A stretch of DNA of 64,000 nt, taken from NCBI GenBank assembly GCA_012295275.1, contig CM022669.1:15872001-15936000 (forward strand), in the 5' to 3' direction. The notes under the pieces were generated by a model. That model made no database searches. It was not told the DNA's origin and worked only from the letters and a program-made list of their open reading frames with translations. This document shows, piece by piece, positions 27,058-41,767 of this stretch (position 1 is the first letter of the stretch; each line of letters begins with the position of its first letter). Position numbers and translations under genes: made by a program. This DNA is from Chrysomallon squamiferum (Eukaryota > Animalia > Mollusca).

Positions 27058-27247
27058 TTCCGTTAATTTTTAATTTTTATTTCGTTCTTGATTTGTTTGT
27101 TCTTTTAGTTTTTCGTTCTTTATGTTTTAACTGATATCTTGTTTCTTCATTCCGTTAATTTTTATTTTTATTTTGTTTTTGATTCGTTTGTTGCTTTATT
27201 TTTTCGTTCTTTATGTTTTAACTGTCTTCTTGTTTCTTCATTCCGTT
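27058..27247. repeat. Imperfect tandem duplication, about 92-bp period, 2 copies
   Basis: TTTTCGTTCTTTATGTTTTAACTG...TCTTGTTTCTTCATTCCGTT occurs twice; CGTTAATTTTT at 27061 and 27153. Confidence 0.85.
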
Positions 27248-27417
27248 TCTTCTCTCATTTCTTTTGCTCCTTTAATTCGTTTTATTTCATTTTATATAGC
27301 TATTCATTTTCATTTCTTTATTTGTTTAGTTATATTTCACTTTAGCATAAAACGTTTTAAAAAATGTAAATAAAAAATAAAACAAATAACGATAATGATG
27401 ATAATAATGATGATAAC

Positions 27418-27483
<66 letters not shown>

Positions 27484-28826
27484 GCAAATAAATACAAATT
27501 AATTTTAGCTTGGCAAATATAACCATTTAACTGCTACTTCCCGAAATAATCCAGGCGCTTTTAAATGAATTTATATATATAAAAAAATTCAGTTATATGG
27601 TTATTATGCCTCTTTTTCCACCACGCAAATTAACTCAAACACTCATAAACACTGAGTTAAAAAAAACTTGGCATCGTTTGTCATCGCTCGATGTACATGG
27701 TTACCTTAACGTTTAGAAAAAAAAAAAAAACCTGAAGGAGATAAAATATATAGAAATATAGGAAGATAAGAAAGAAAAAAAGATAGACAAAAAGTAACGG
27801 AAGAGATAAAAAGAGATAAATTATAAAAACCGAGATTGTTAATATAAGATGACACTTTTTAGACGGAAAAAAGTGATTATATTCATAAAATGGTGAAAAA
27901 AAAAGACATTATATCATTAATATTTCTCACGAATTAAACTGCAGTTACTGTTTCTAATGTCAAGAGATCAAATTTATTTTTCCATTAAAATCTTTAAAAT
28001 ATATGATTTTAATATCTTTTATGTTTTAAAAATATTAATCAAAATTACGTGGTTTTTTTTTTTTTTTGTTGTTGTTTTTGTTGTTTGGTTTATTTCATAA
28101 GATGTCATCCGTATTACTATTTCTCTATCGTCATCATTCTTATCATCATCATCGTCATTAAAATCCTATCATCACTCTGTCTATTCTTGATTTCAGAATC
28201 TCCTTCTTTATTCTGTCAAACTGAAAACCATATTTTGTTTTTGTATCAATTTTTTTTTTCTGGTTTTCTTTTCATTTCTTATTTTTATCTTTTTCTTCTT
28301 TTTAGTGTTTTATTTATTTTGTATTTATTTTTTTTTTTCGTTAATTTTCAAATGATAGCAACAGCAATAATAGCAACTCCAACGAAGATCTAATAGCGAT
28401 AAAATGAAGAAAGTAATAATGATGATGATGATGATGACGATTATAATCGAATCAAACTGCTGAATAAATAGTAAAATTAAAAAAATAATAAATAAATAAA
28501 TAAATAGAAAAATAAAAGTCTTTAACTTTTGAAACTCTAATCTTTCACAGTACGGTTATATCAAAAAGGAATTACCCAGAGGTTATCAGGAAACATCTAC
28601 GACGATTGAAAGAAGTGCAGATTCATATTTAATACTGGAAATGAAAAATGATTATTTTGTTGGGTTTTTATTTATTTATTTACTTTTTCTGCTTTCATAA
28701 CATCTAAATAGTATGAGGAATTAGAAGTTCTATAGATTGAAATAAAAAAAAGAAAAATAATAATAACTGAAATAACAAAGGTAATGTAATAGCAACAATA
28801 ATAAAAAGAATATCAAAGAGAGCACC

Positions 28827-28892
<66 letters not shown>

Positions 28893-30082
28893 AAGAAGAA
28901 GAAAAGGAAGAACATGATGATTATGATGATGCAGAAGAGAAAATTATTAAAATTAAAATAAATAAATAAATGAACGGTCAGTTTGTGTAATTTTATCATA
29001 TAAAAATCTAAAATTGCGTCCCTTTTACAGATACTATTTGTAATTTTTCAGAATCGTCTTTTCCTTCTACTTTTGTTCCTGTACTCTTAAACAGGCTTCT
29101 TTTTCCCTTCTTATTTTATACCTGAAATATACTTTTTATCACATTCAAACATCCTAGCTTATCTTTTTCATTCATTGGATTAACATACTGGACTCTCTTA
29201 CTTCTCTTTTTTTCCTTCCATTCCTTTGTTGTAAAGACATTCTGTATAATTCTAAGATATGTTTTAAATTTCGTTACTGCTGGTGTTATAGAAACATTAT
29301 ATCTTTTTCATGGATACCATAGTTCATTCAAGAGTCCTTCTCTTATCAGTATTCTGCACTATCTCCGTATGTCTTCATCTCTTTGCAAATTGTTAATTCA
29401 GATATTTTTGAACACGGCTTCGCTTCAGATTTCAACTGGAAAGTTTCTTTGAAAAAGAGTGATTTAGATTCCAGTGTTTTCAGAATCAGTGCTTGGCTTC
29501 ATTATCGAGACCGATTATCGAGATTGCAAGACAGTGATGAACCTCATAAAAATTGAATAAAGAACAAACAAAACGAAAGTAAGAAAATATAACAATACTG
29601 AATATAAAACTGATACAAAAGTACACAGAAATGGATTCGCTTATCGCCATTATTAGTAATGTTATTATTACTATTATTATTATTATTATTGTTGTTGTTG
29701 TTGTTGTTGTTGTTGTTATTATTATTATTATTATTATTATCAATCAGAAGATGAATATAATTTACCAAAAGCACCACTACAGTCACCATATTATTTCTAC
29801 AGCTACAGCCACAACAACAACAAATACAACAGCAGCTACTACTACTACTACTACTACAACTACTACAACAACATTTACTACTACTACTACTACTCGGTAT
29901 TACGACTATTACTACACACATTACAACCATGTATATTACTGTTGTTAGTGTTGCAGCAACAACAGCTCCAGTCACTGCCATTACTAGTATTACTACTACT
30001 AGATACTAAGGTTATTCATTTCTTTCTTAGTAGCTCTCACTACCAGGATAACATTCACCTGCTGTTCGCTCGCTCATTCGTA

Positions 30083-30144
30083 CAAACACAAACACACACA
30101 CACACACAAACACACAAACACACTCACACACATGCTCACACACA

Positions 30145-30191
<47 letters not shown>

Positions 30192-30851
30192 TCACATACA
30201 AACACACACATACAAACACTCACATACAAACACTAACATACAAACACACACACAAACATACACATACAAACACACACACAAACACCCAGATACACACACA
30301 TACAAACACACACAAACACACACACAAACACACACACACATACATACGCACACACACACAAACACACACACAAACACACACACAAACACACACACATACA
30401 AACACACACACACAAACACACACACAAACACACATACAACCATATACACACAAACACACACACATACAAACACACACACAAACACACATACAAACACACA
30501 CACAAACACACACACAAACACACACACACACAAACACACACACAAACAAACACATACAAACACACACAAACAAACACACATACACACACACACACACACA
30601 AACATACATACAAACACACACACACAAACACACACATACAAACACACACACACATACAAAACACACAAACACACACACACAAAACACACACACAAACACA
30701 CACACAAACACACACATACAAACACACACACACAAACACACATACAAACACACACACACACAAACATACATACAAACACACACACAAACACACACATACA
30801 AACACACACACAAACACACATACAAACACACAAACACACACACACAAACAA

Positions 30852-30882
<31 letters not shown>
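30083..30882. repeat. About 800-bp compound CA-rich satellite (CAAACACACA / CATACAAA variants)
   Basis: Direct reading. It generates the spurious HT/CV ORFs at 29942-31057 and 30192-30902. Confidence 0.97.
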
Positions 30883-30885
<3 letters not shown>

Positions 30886-31184
30886 CGGTTCACTTGTTTC
30901 AACTGAGGAGGTGGTATTTCAGTTGTGTTTTATTTTTTTTTTTTTTTTATTATTATTATTAGTAGTAGTAGTAGTAGTAGTAGTATTTTTTGTTTTATAT
31001 TATTTTATTTTATTTATTTATTTATTTTTTTGTTCAACTAAGTGGATACACATCTGATTAATTTTTAGTTTTCATCATCCAGTTTTTTTGTATTATTTTC
31101 CGAGCTGCATTAACGCAGCCAGAAATATGGATTCCAAAGATTTACATTTATTCTGCATGGTTAAAAACAGATGATTAATTTTTT

Positions 31185-31218
<34 letters not shown>

Positions 31219-31677
31219 CAAGAAAAGTATTTGGTCTTGAAAAATAAAAACTAATAAAAAAGAATGAATAATAACAAAAACATAGATTTTGAAAAAATAA
31301 CAGTAATAAATAAATGACAAGTGACGAGGAAATTTTTTTTTTTTTTTCATTTTTTAAGAATGAAAATGGTGAGAAATAGATGAAAAAGATACAAATCTAA
31401 TCGTAACATGAAAAGTAACGTTAACGGTAACATAAGGAAAACTGGCTCAAGACTCATAATAAAAAAAATATATATATCATAGACGATAAAATTGCAAAGT
31501 AACAATAAACTAGACTTAATACCCTATATTCAAAGTGGATAGATATGACAATCTTGTTAATGATGATTTTGATTTCACTATAGTTAAGGAATCGTAGCAA
31601 AAAAAAAAAATAATAATAAACAAAAATTTAAAAAAAGTAAATACTACTACTACTACTACTTCTACTACAACTACTAT

Positions 31678-31709
<32 letters not shown>

Positions 31710-31710
31710 A

Positions 31711-31741
<31 letters not shown>

Positions 31742-31822
31742 TCAAAAAATGATAATGGATTCCTAACTTAATTGCTTAGTGGATATTATTAATATCATAT
31801 TGATAGAACATTTTCCAACAAA

Positions 31823-31896
<74 letters not shown>

Positions 31897-34171
31897 GGTA
31901 ATTTTCGATTAGCCTTATCTGTATCAAAAGCACTAACGAAACGTAATGAGACAGAAAAATCACGGCTTATAAACACGATTTTCGTTTCACCAGATTTCCC
32001 TCGGGCGTCTTCATATACTTCATTGGACATTTTAGAGTCCTTCAGAGGTTTGTTTTATTCATTCATGTTATTTATTCAGGATTGTAAAATGTTCAGCGGG
32101 CTGTGTAGGACGTGGTATACAGGCTATATTTTCGTAATGCGATACGGAATACCTGCCAGTAACATGCAAGAAAAATTAGCTGTCATCAGATAGCGTGAAA
32201 TGTTGTTTGCTGCTTCGTGAAGCACGACACGTGGTTACTGGTTATTATTACGACTGTTGTTAGATTAACAGAGATGTAGAAAATAGCGGAGAATGCAAAC
32301 GAAAACAAAAACAGATAAAAGTACATACATGCATACGTACGTACGTACTTACGAAATATAAATATACATACATGCTTACTTACATACACACATACATACA
32401 TAGATAAATACATACATACGTACATACATACATACATATATTAAAGAACTAAATGCTAAAAGTGAAAAATACTACTACAATTACTTTTATAATACGTTTT
32501 GTTTATAACTAAATCCAGTCAGTTCACGGGTTATTAAAAGTACAAGCATATAAGTGTCCACTATCGTTATTGTGTAGTAATTTAAAAAAAAAAAAAAATC
32601 ATGTGGGAAGAAAACATCACTTTATGAAGAAATAATTTCTGTTCACCACCCCTAATGTTTTCGATAGGATTCTTGTATTGGTCTGGGAAATACAGAACCG
32701 TTGCTTCGATCTCTATTAGATTTTAAACAAAGCTCTGGAAATACTGGACTAATTTTGATCTGAGAAAAATTCATGGGTGATTAGTAGATTTCAAGAATTC
32801 ATTTGTAATCAGCACTAAATGAATTCAAAATTGGCGCCCATGTCAACAATGCAAAGCCAGGCTTTAAACCGCATTTTCGTATCTGATCCAAGCGATGCTG
32901 TGAAAAAGTGATGATATAATCATCCTAGACACTAGCTCAGCAGGTACAGATTTGCAAGTGCCTACAATACGTGTGCGTCTCTCTATTCATTTATCTGACT
33001 ATCCATTCTTTCATCCATCCATAGCTACTTTCCTCCATCTATCCTTCAATTCCTCCATCCTTCCATCCATTCACCAGTCCATCGGTGTGTCTGTCTGTCC
33101 GTCTATCCGTCTATTCATCTCTCTGACTCTGTCTCTCTCATTTTCCCCCACAAAAAAAAAAAACAAAAAAAACATTACTGATCGTGTGTTTGTTTTTTCC
33201 CTGTCTGTCTCTGTCTGTCTGTTTCTCTGTTTGACACTTTGCTCCCTGGTTTTACGGGTCCAGCTCGACAACGTTGCAGCTGAAACTAATTACATTACAC
33301 ATGATGTCAGGTCGAGTAACTTCATTAAATCTCACATCAAAATAGATTGTTTGTGTCTTTTATTTCAGGATGTCAATCGATTTGCCCAACACATGATTAA
33401 TTAGATAGTCCTTTGGCCGACATAACAATTAACCTTCATTTTACCGTTGTTGTCGTACATTTTCCAACTTTTTTACTTTTTTTTTTCTTTTTTTTTTGTG
33501 CACCGAAATCTCTCGTTAAGAACGATAACGAAAGACCTATCGACACCTTCTTGAAAGGAGATTTCTGGTTAATGACATGTTTGTCATAAACTTTCGGTGT
33601 TAATTTTCAGAGTCATTGACACTATTAAAACTGCAACTACGTACTTTTTAAATAATACTGATGATACTAATAATGCAAACACTAAAACTACAAAACAACA
33701 TAATACAAATAACTGTAATAAATAACAAAAATAGAAAAAGAACAGACGCCTTCAGGTATCTATTTTTATGTGTTAACATTTGCATTTCGTGTTGAAATTA
33801 TTTTTTTTCAATTTTAATGGTCAGTTATGGATTTTCGAACAAATTACAAAGTAATTTAGACTTCTTCTGTTAATTTAATTAAATACAATAAAAACAAAAA
33901 TAACAAAAATAACGATAACCTAGGCAATTCAGATAATGACAACGATGACGACGATGATGATAATGATGATGACAAGAAAGTTATGATATATTTTAAAAAA
34001 AATGCTCAGCATCAAACGACAGCAAAAGAACGTGAGAACGTGAGAAGAAGAAGAAGAAGAAGAAGAAGAAGAAGAAAAGAAAGAAACAAAGAAAAAAGAT
34101 GACGTTTATGAAGACATGCAAGGAATTATAATGAAATGTCTGCTAACCTGGACAATGTCAAGACCGAGTAA

Positions 34172-34296
34172 AAAGTTCGGTTTTGAAGAGGGTTTAGTTA
34201 ACTGAAGTTTTACATTTAGATACGGGACAAAGGAAATCGTTCGGTTTTGTGGGCGTTCCGGTTTAGAGAGGGTCCGGTTTGACAAGTTTCTCTGTA
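34172..34296 (-). mobile_element. One terminus of a Tc1/mariner-pogo-like DNA transposon or MITE
   Basis: Minus strand reads TA|CAGAGAAACTTGTCAAACCGGACCCTCTCTAAACCGGAA, followed by repeated AAACCG(G/A)A subterminal motifs. A TA-CAG start is typical of pogo/Tigger-like ends. The partner TIR was not found. Confidence 0.55.
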
Positions 34297-34533
34297 GCAG
34301 AATTAAGACATATGATCCCGATACTCAGAATTGTAAGTTTCAAGTAAAACGTTTAAACCACGCTGGAACAAAGTTGAATTTGAGATAATAAAGATTTAGA
34401 AAAATGGAAGACGAGTAAATAAATCAGTGTACTTCATTTTTTTTTTTTTTTTTTTTTTTTCAAAATGATTATTATTTTTTGTTGTTCATGTGTTTGTTGT
34501 TGCTATAGTGGTATTTACTCCTTAACTCTTGAC

Positions 34534-34636
<103 letters not shown>

Positions 34637-34835
34637 ATTTGTTTTAATTTTTTTTAAAAACTAATTAAAAAACGTGTTCTCTTGATGAGGAGTGTCATGT
34701 TCCGTAGACTAACTGTTTTTAATACGAAACGTGAATTTTCACATTAGTTTTTCCAGCAGCAAATTCAGCCGTTAGCATCTTTTCATGTTGAGGAATTTTC
34801 TTTGCTAAGTCTTTCTTTTTATTCAATTACCTGCT

Positions 34836-34869
<34 letters not shown>

Positions 34870-36564
34870 GAACTATACTCATCAAATGATCCAACAAAAT
34901 AATCTTTCACTGTTGTGTTTTTTTGTTGTTTATTTTTTGAGGCAGCTCCATTCGTTTATGTCTCCATTTCCTAGCAATTTCAATCCTTTTGCCCTTAAAT
35001 TACACGTGTTCCCTTATTATTTTCTGTTTTTATCTTTTTTTTTATACTTTTCGTTCGGTCTTTCTAACAGTCTTTTCTTTCATTTTCATTGCTTTTGCTT
35101 TTTCTTCTCATATCAACACAGATGCTTGCATAGAAACCTGTCTGTATTATATTTACATAAAAAATATATGTCTATACATACCTATACACATATAGATACA
35201 TATGTGTATACCTACGTAAGTACCTATATACATACCAGACAGACATACTGACATATAAGCACACACGTGCATTATATATATTTAACAGAACATCAGATAA
35301 CATGTCTAGTTCTTAAAACACTTTCAACAATTTTCTTTAATGAAATCAGCCGACAAATGAAATTATAATCGACTATTCAACGGCTCTATGTGAAATAAAT
35401 ACAAAAAAATAAAATAAAATAAAAACTGAAAAATAAGCTGACAAGTCAACTGATGCATTTAGTCTGATACTATTTTGTTATGGGGAACTTGTAAAGAAAG
35501 ATATGTAACCACAAAAGCCGATTTTAGATGTGCAAGTCAAGGATTAATAAAGAACAGGCGAACAAAAACAGGATTTTGTTACAAAACATTTTGCTTTGAA
35601 AACTTCTACTACAATCAGCTAATTTTCTTTTCCATGCAAAAACAGAAGTTTTACTTTAATATAATTATATTAAAAGTCGGAGAGTAAATGTCAAGTTAGC
35701 AACAACAACAACAACAATAATAAAAAGTAATATTAAATAAATAAATTAATTAATTAATTAGTACATAAATACATCAGTAAATAAATAAATAACAAAGAAA
35801 TAATTGAAATAAGCATAAAATAAAAATACAACAGAAAAGCATAGGAAAATAAAGTAACCAGTCTAAGTATTCGCCATAAGTTTAAGCCGTATGTAATGGA
35901 TAAATCGGTACGTTATGTTCTGATGCATTCTCTTCTTCTGCAAGAGGTGATCAGATAAAACATAGTGGACGGCGTCACAGCATTAAAACAAAAAACAAAA
36001 CAAGAAAACGTAAAATATCAGTTCCATTCGTTTGATTTGTTACGGCTACGTACCGGACTCTGTCTCTGTGGGACCCTACGAAGGAAGACAACACTGAGTC
36101 AAAGATGCGGTGCAAAAATCAGATAAAAGTTACCGAGAGAGACAATCTTGGCGCAATGGCTTAGTTTTAGCGATGTTGTTGTGTTATGGAGACTGATCAC
36201 TTATTTTTTTAAATTAAACATTATTCGAATCTTTATAGTTTTTTTTTATTTATTTATTAGTTGTTGTTTTTTCTGGTTCTTCATGAGTCAAAAACTTGCA
36301 GTGATGTTCATAACGTCGACATTCTTTATTATTGAATTTTAGTAAAGTCTGTTCAAGAGATTACACTGAAACATACACATATATACTCACGTGTAACATG
36401 ACGTTTGACCTCCATACATAAACAAATATTCTTGCTGCGAAGTTTCAATGACAAGAACATTTTGCCGTTAAGTCGAAACTTGGAGAGTAAAGTTTAGTTC
36501 TCTGTTTGCAATGTAGTGCAGAAAGCGTCTGACTGATCGGTTCTTACAAAAACGAAACAGAGGT

Positions 36565-36860
36565 AAACTTGAGTCATCTAAAAACATTAATTATAGAATA
36601 TTTAAAGATGAATTTAAATTAGAACATTATCTGTTAAAATTGCGAACCAAAAATGTATGAATATTAAGTAAATTTAGAATCAGTATTGTCAATGTTCCTA
36701 TAGAAACTGGCAGATGGTTCAGTACTGAAAGAGAAGACAGAATGTGTTATTTATGTAAAGACGATACTGATGATGAGTTCCATCATATTTTTAACTGTGC
36801 ATCTTTCTCTTTTGAGGTAAATAAATATACACCATATTATTATACATCAAGACCAAATGC
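36565..36860 (+). mobile_element. Decayed non-LTR retrotransposon (LINE) ORF2 C-terminal fragment, RTE-X/L2-like
   Basis: The frame starting at 36589 reads NYRIFKDEFKLEHYLLKLRTKNV*ILSKFRISIVNVPIETGRWFSTEREDRMCYLCKDDTDDEFHHIFNC. This contains the KFR...IETGRW...R-x-C-x2-C...DEFH-x4-C zinc-binding region typical of LINE ORF2 ends, with an in-frame TGA at 36658-36660. Confidence 0.85.
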
Positions 36861-38000
36861 AGGAACAATTCATCATTTCTTTTATACAACAACAAAAATC
36901 ACTTTTGCATAAACTTTCCCGATGTTTACAAATTGTCATTGGGAGAGTCAGTTTTCCAGAGTAAATCATAATTAATATGTTTTGTACCACTGCAGAAAAT
37001 ACTCTTCAAATTGTGTTTTATTTGTACGTTATCAACACTGAATGCGGCGCACTCTTTAGAGAAATAAACTTCGTGTCCTGTCTTGTCTAACACATGGACA
37101 TACGAACGACCGTTCTGAACTGAATCTGTTCTTAAGTAGAGGTATCTCTGAACACTATAATACGTTGCGTTCTGTAGGTAAAATTTCCCATCAGTTTTAA
37201 TGAATTTTTGTTTGTAGTCCAATTATTAAACGAAAAAGAAGAAAATGTTGCTAAGGATTAGATATTTAATCTGTTGGATAAACACTTCTGAACAATTACC
37301 AGTTTAAGTTGTATTATTGATTAGTATGATACATGGGGTATACATAGATTAGTTCTGTTTCGTTGTTTGTTAATTTATTTATTTATTAATCTATATGTCT
37401 GTCTATTTATCTATCTATATATCTGTCTGTCTGTCTATTCTACACTAAAAATGATTAAAGTTCACATTTACTTACTTATTTATAATATATGAGTATGTGT
37501 ATATATAATATACAAACATAGACACATGCACACACTGATATATTTATAATACACACTTATTTATTTACTTTCTTTTTTCTTTTCCTATTTACAATTATTA
37601 TAAATTTTTAATGTGTACATCACCGTACCTAACGTACAGCGTTTGTTTACATTTCTGATTAGTAATTTACGTACCTACTTACTTACTTACTTACTTTCGA
37701 CTATTATAAAAATAGTGACACCGTCCATGTAATTTCAACACTGTATTTACCTATTATTTTTAACACAGAAGCAACTTGACTACGAGCTTACAAAGTCAGT
37801 AAAAAGTAATTATTTTGTGAAAATGCCAGCGTCATTTGACTCCTTTGACAATAATAAGTAGTAAAGAGACGAGATTGTCGTCTCAAAGGATGAAGTTAAA
37901 AAGAGTTAACTACAACAACACTGAACGTAATAATAGAATTAGTGTGTAATTATACAAGTAATTGTTTTTTCTTTTTTCTTTCTTACCCCTCTTTTCCCCG

Positions 38001-38091
<91 letters not shown>

Positions 38092-38331
38092 GTATATGAA
38101 CAGACAGTAGTAGGTTTAATAAAAGAATAAAAAAATGATTTTGGCATTTAATTATTTCTTTAAATATTGTATTACATAATATTATGGTGTATTTTTATTT
38201 TTCGTTTTTCTATTCTTTTTCTATCCTTTTAATAATGAATTTAAATGCAATTTTTTTTTTTTTTTTTTTTTTTAGTTTAATTTATATCATTTTGTTTTCA
38301 TAAATGTTTTAAAAATTAAAAAAAAAATAAA

Positions 38332-38371
<40 letters not shown>

Positions 38372-39187
38372 TTCCTAGCTAAACTTCTATTACTATTGCT
38401 TCTAATATTGCTACTACTGTAACTACATCTGCAGCTACTACTACTACTACTACAGTTACAACTACAACTACCTACTATTACTACAACTACAACTACAGAT
38501 ACTACTACTATATCAGCTACATATAAAATGAATGATTCAACATTATATGATTTTTCTGCAGTTATTCATATTTATTTCTAATTAATCAGTCTCTGTTATG
38601 GCTAATATTTGTGTCTCGTACTTAAGAAAAGAAACGCGTCGTTTAGACTGTGATGCAGATCTTCATCATACTTCAGTGCACACTGAACAAAAAAGCCATT
38701 TTCGCCGTCTGCGTTGTTCGCACGAAGCCGGAAGTCTGTAATGGGAATGCTTTCTAATTCTGACCATCAAATTACTCATTTATTTGTATCTTGACAGCTA
38801 CGAACAATATTTGTTAAGACCACAAATGGCTGACGTACTGTGGCCTTTTTTTTCCCTTCTGTCATCTGACAAAGACAGCGTTTGATGCTGCAGTAACAGA
38901 AGCTGCAATAGTGTCGCAAAATAAGGGACATTGGTTATGCGAAATTAGAAATGTGAAGTTATTTAATCAAGGCCGTTGGTTTTATGGCTTTTTTGTTTGA
39001 ATATTTTTTTTCTTTTTCTTCTTCTTCTTCCATTTTTTTTTTTTTTTTTTTTTTTTGCTTCTTCCTGGGTTTTTTTTTTTTATTATTTCGTGTAATTACA
39101 AAATTTGCATCTTTTTTCTTTAAGGACATTTATAGTAATATTTATTTATCTATTTAAGTAGGAGGAGTACTAGTAGAGTTGAGCTTG

Positions 39188-39235
<48 letters not shown>

Positions 39236-39756
39236 TGTTGTTGTTTTGTTGTTTTTGTGGTTTGTGGTGGTGGTGGTGCTACTATTGTTGTTTAATATCG
39301 CTGGTCACGTAGAAAACACAAATTAATAGTCAAATATTAAGGCAAGAACATTTGTTCACGCTATATATGAATGAGATAAGCTTTACCAATTTGACCAATA
39401 TTTTGTGTTCTCTATGCACGTGGGACCTGCGATATAACAACAACAAAAAAGATAGGAATAATAATAATTATTATAATAGGAAATTACGAATATTACAGTT
39501 GCATAAATCATCTGTTCGAAATTTAATTTGAATATGTCAGTTTTCCAGGTAATCTCGATAACTAATTACATTTTTAATATCCTCAAAGTGAATATAGAAA
39601 AGTGTATTAATACAGAAAGGAGTATTTAGTGTTTAAGGTTCATATGGAACTAATATTAGCATAAACCATTAGTTAAACAGCATTAGTTTCTGAAGTAAAC
39701 CGAGAGATATAAATGCAAAAAATAAACGAGTCAGACAGGATCAGGTGAAATTCAGG

Positions 39757-39876
<120 letters not shown>

Positions 39877-40022
39877 GCAGCGCGATAGACATAACATTTA
39901 TGAAAAGAGAGAAAAAGATGGCGAGAGTACGTTTTATCATTTATAAAATTCTACAGAATATTATAGAACTGCATTCAGTATAATTATAAAAAAAAAAATA
40001 ATATTACCGATCTTACTTTTCA

Positions 40023-40028
40023 TTTATT
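40023..40028 (-). promoter_or_regulatory. Candidate polyadenylation signal of the GPCR gene
   Basis: Minus-strand AATAAA about 100 nt after the stop; weak in this AT-rich background. Confidence 0.25.
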
Positions 40029-40128
40029 CATCAATAATTATGGTCAACACTGCAACTATTCTCATTTTTTATCTTGTAAGGAATTCAAAAAAAATAAAAT
40101 AAAATAAAATAAAATAAAGCAAAATGTT

Positions 40129-40885
40129 TTAAACAACGCTAACATTTGAATTGGGTTTAAAGCTATTTATGCAAGCTTTCTTTGTCGACCGTCTGAAGAG
40201 GGTTGTGTACTCCGTGTAATTGTTCATCATCACCGTCCTTTCGGGTTCGTTACCACCGCCTCCGCAGTGACGTCCGCGACACAGCATCATCTGAAACTTC
40301 TTCCTAAATGTCTGACTGAACACGCAGTACAGAATCGGGTTGGCCGCCGAGTTTACGTAAGCCAGCGTTGTCGTGAACACGAGAAATACCCACGTCTGAT
40401 GGAAAGGGATCGTGGAGAAAGAGTTGTAAAACAGAAGCACCTGGTGAGGAGAGTAGCTAAGGAAGTAAATGATGACGCTGGCTATGAGCATCTTCACGAC
40501 GCCTCGTCTGGCCTTGATGGCCTCTGAAGTGCGCTTCCTTCTGTTGGGTCCGTCGCATGGACTCGTGACTTGTCTGTGAAGTCTCTCGACGCCAATGAAC
40601 AGTCGCTTGCCTATGACGATGTAACATATTAACTGCACGAGCAGCGGCCCGAAATAAAACAGAATGCTCTCCGAGTATTTGAAAAGCTTCATGTACGTCA
40701 AGTGATTTCCAGGAAAATGGGTCAGACAGAAATTGACACCTATCTCCGACGGCACGACCATGTTGAAGACGGCCGTCGGCGTGGCACACATCAGCGACAT
40801 CACCCACACCAGCATGATGACGAAGATGATTCGTCTCTTCGTGCACACGATGTGCGCCTTGATAGGGAAAACGATGGCGATGTAT
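40129..40885 (-). CDS. Class A (rhodopsin-like) neuropeptide-receptor-type GPCR, last coding exon (end of TM3 to C-terminus); resembles invertebrate orphan 'neuropeptide receptor 15-like' proteins
   Basis: Acceptor ttttgtatttttcag| at 40886, phase 2, inside the Arg of the [D/E]RY motif: (R)YIAIVFPIKAHIVCTKRR. Then TM4 W-x2-S-x3-ATP, ECL2 Cys (NFCL), TM5 YFGP, TM6 VVKMLIASVIIYFLSYSP, TM7 NSAANPILY and helix 8 FSQTFRKKF; TAA at 40131-40129. The GPCR call is firm; the subfamily is from recall only. Confidence 0.95.
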
Positions 40886-41275
40886 CTGAAAAATACAAAA
40901 TGAAGAAATATCTGAAGTTAACATTTTATAACGATATTTGTTGCCTAAGTTGTTCTGACAGGACTGGAAAACAAGACAGCATATCAAATCAGTACATCAA
41001 AAGTTAAAATAACTTGCTGGAGATACTTATCTCAACGATAACTTAGTTTACTTTCTCCGATGCTGGAGAAACAATATTTTAATGATTGTCTATTCGATAA
41101 TATAAGACGGTCAGTTAGTTCTGAAGATAAATGAATCGTTTCGAAAGCATCAGATAAAAATTAATTAATAAATAAATAAATAAAAGAAATTTGATCAATT
41201 TTTATTTTGATACAAATAATGACCGTTTCCCATTTTTCTATCTAGACTATATTTCTTTTTCATGTATTCTTTTTC

Positions 41276-41353
41276 ACAAATTCAGATAATAATAATAAAA
41301 TAATATATATATATATATATATATATATTATTATTATTATTATCTGAATTTGT
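41276..41353. repeat. Near-perfect 78-bp palindrome centred on (AT)n
   Basis: ACAAATTCAGATAATAATAATAA ... (AT)n ... TTATTATTATTATCTGAATTTGT. Confidence 0.9.
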
Positions 41354-41432
41354 TAAGTACATTCATTCTTACTTGCTAGATTAATGGTTTTGCTTTCGAC
41401 ACACATAATAAGCACATGCACACACAAATACT

Positions 41433-41510
<78 letters not shown>

Positions 41511-41667
41511 AAATGAAGGAGAGAAAGAGTGAGAGAGAGAATATATGCTTAAGAGATTGAGATTACGGAGATTTATAAAACAAAACAAAAAATTGGGGGG
41601 ATGTTTGTGTGTTTGAATACTACGATGTATTTTTAGTAAATTAGCATGGAAATAACGGTGCTTTTTA

Positions 41668-41767
<100 letters not shown>

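Noticed and set aside
29942-31057. 371-aa His/Thr-rich ORF and the antisense Cys/Val ORFs
   Set aside because: Translation of a CA-rich satellite that lacks stop codons; no splice or domain evidence.
36926-37222. 98-aa minus-strand ORF next to the LINE fragment
   Set aside because: Non-ATG start, no recognisable motif and no clear splice context.
40267-41007. ORFs 40267-40527(+), 40457-40987(-) and 40702-41007(+)
   Set aside because: Shadow frames of the GC-richer GPCR exon.
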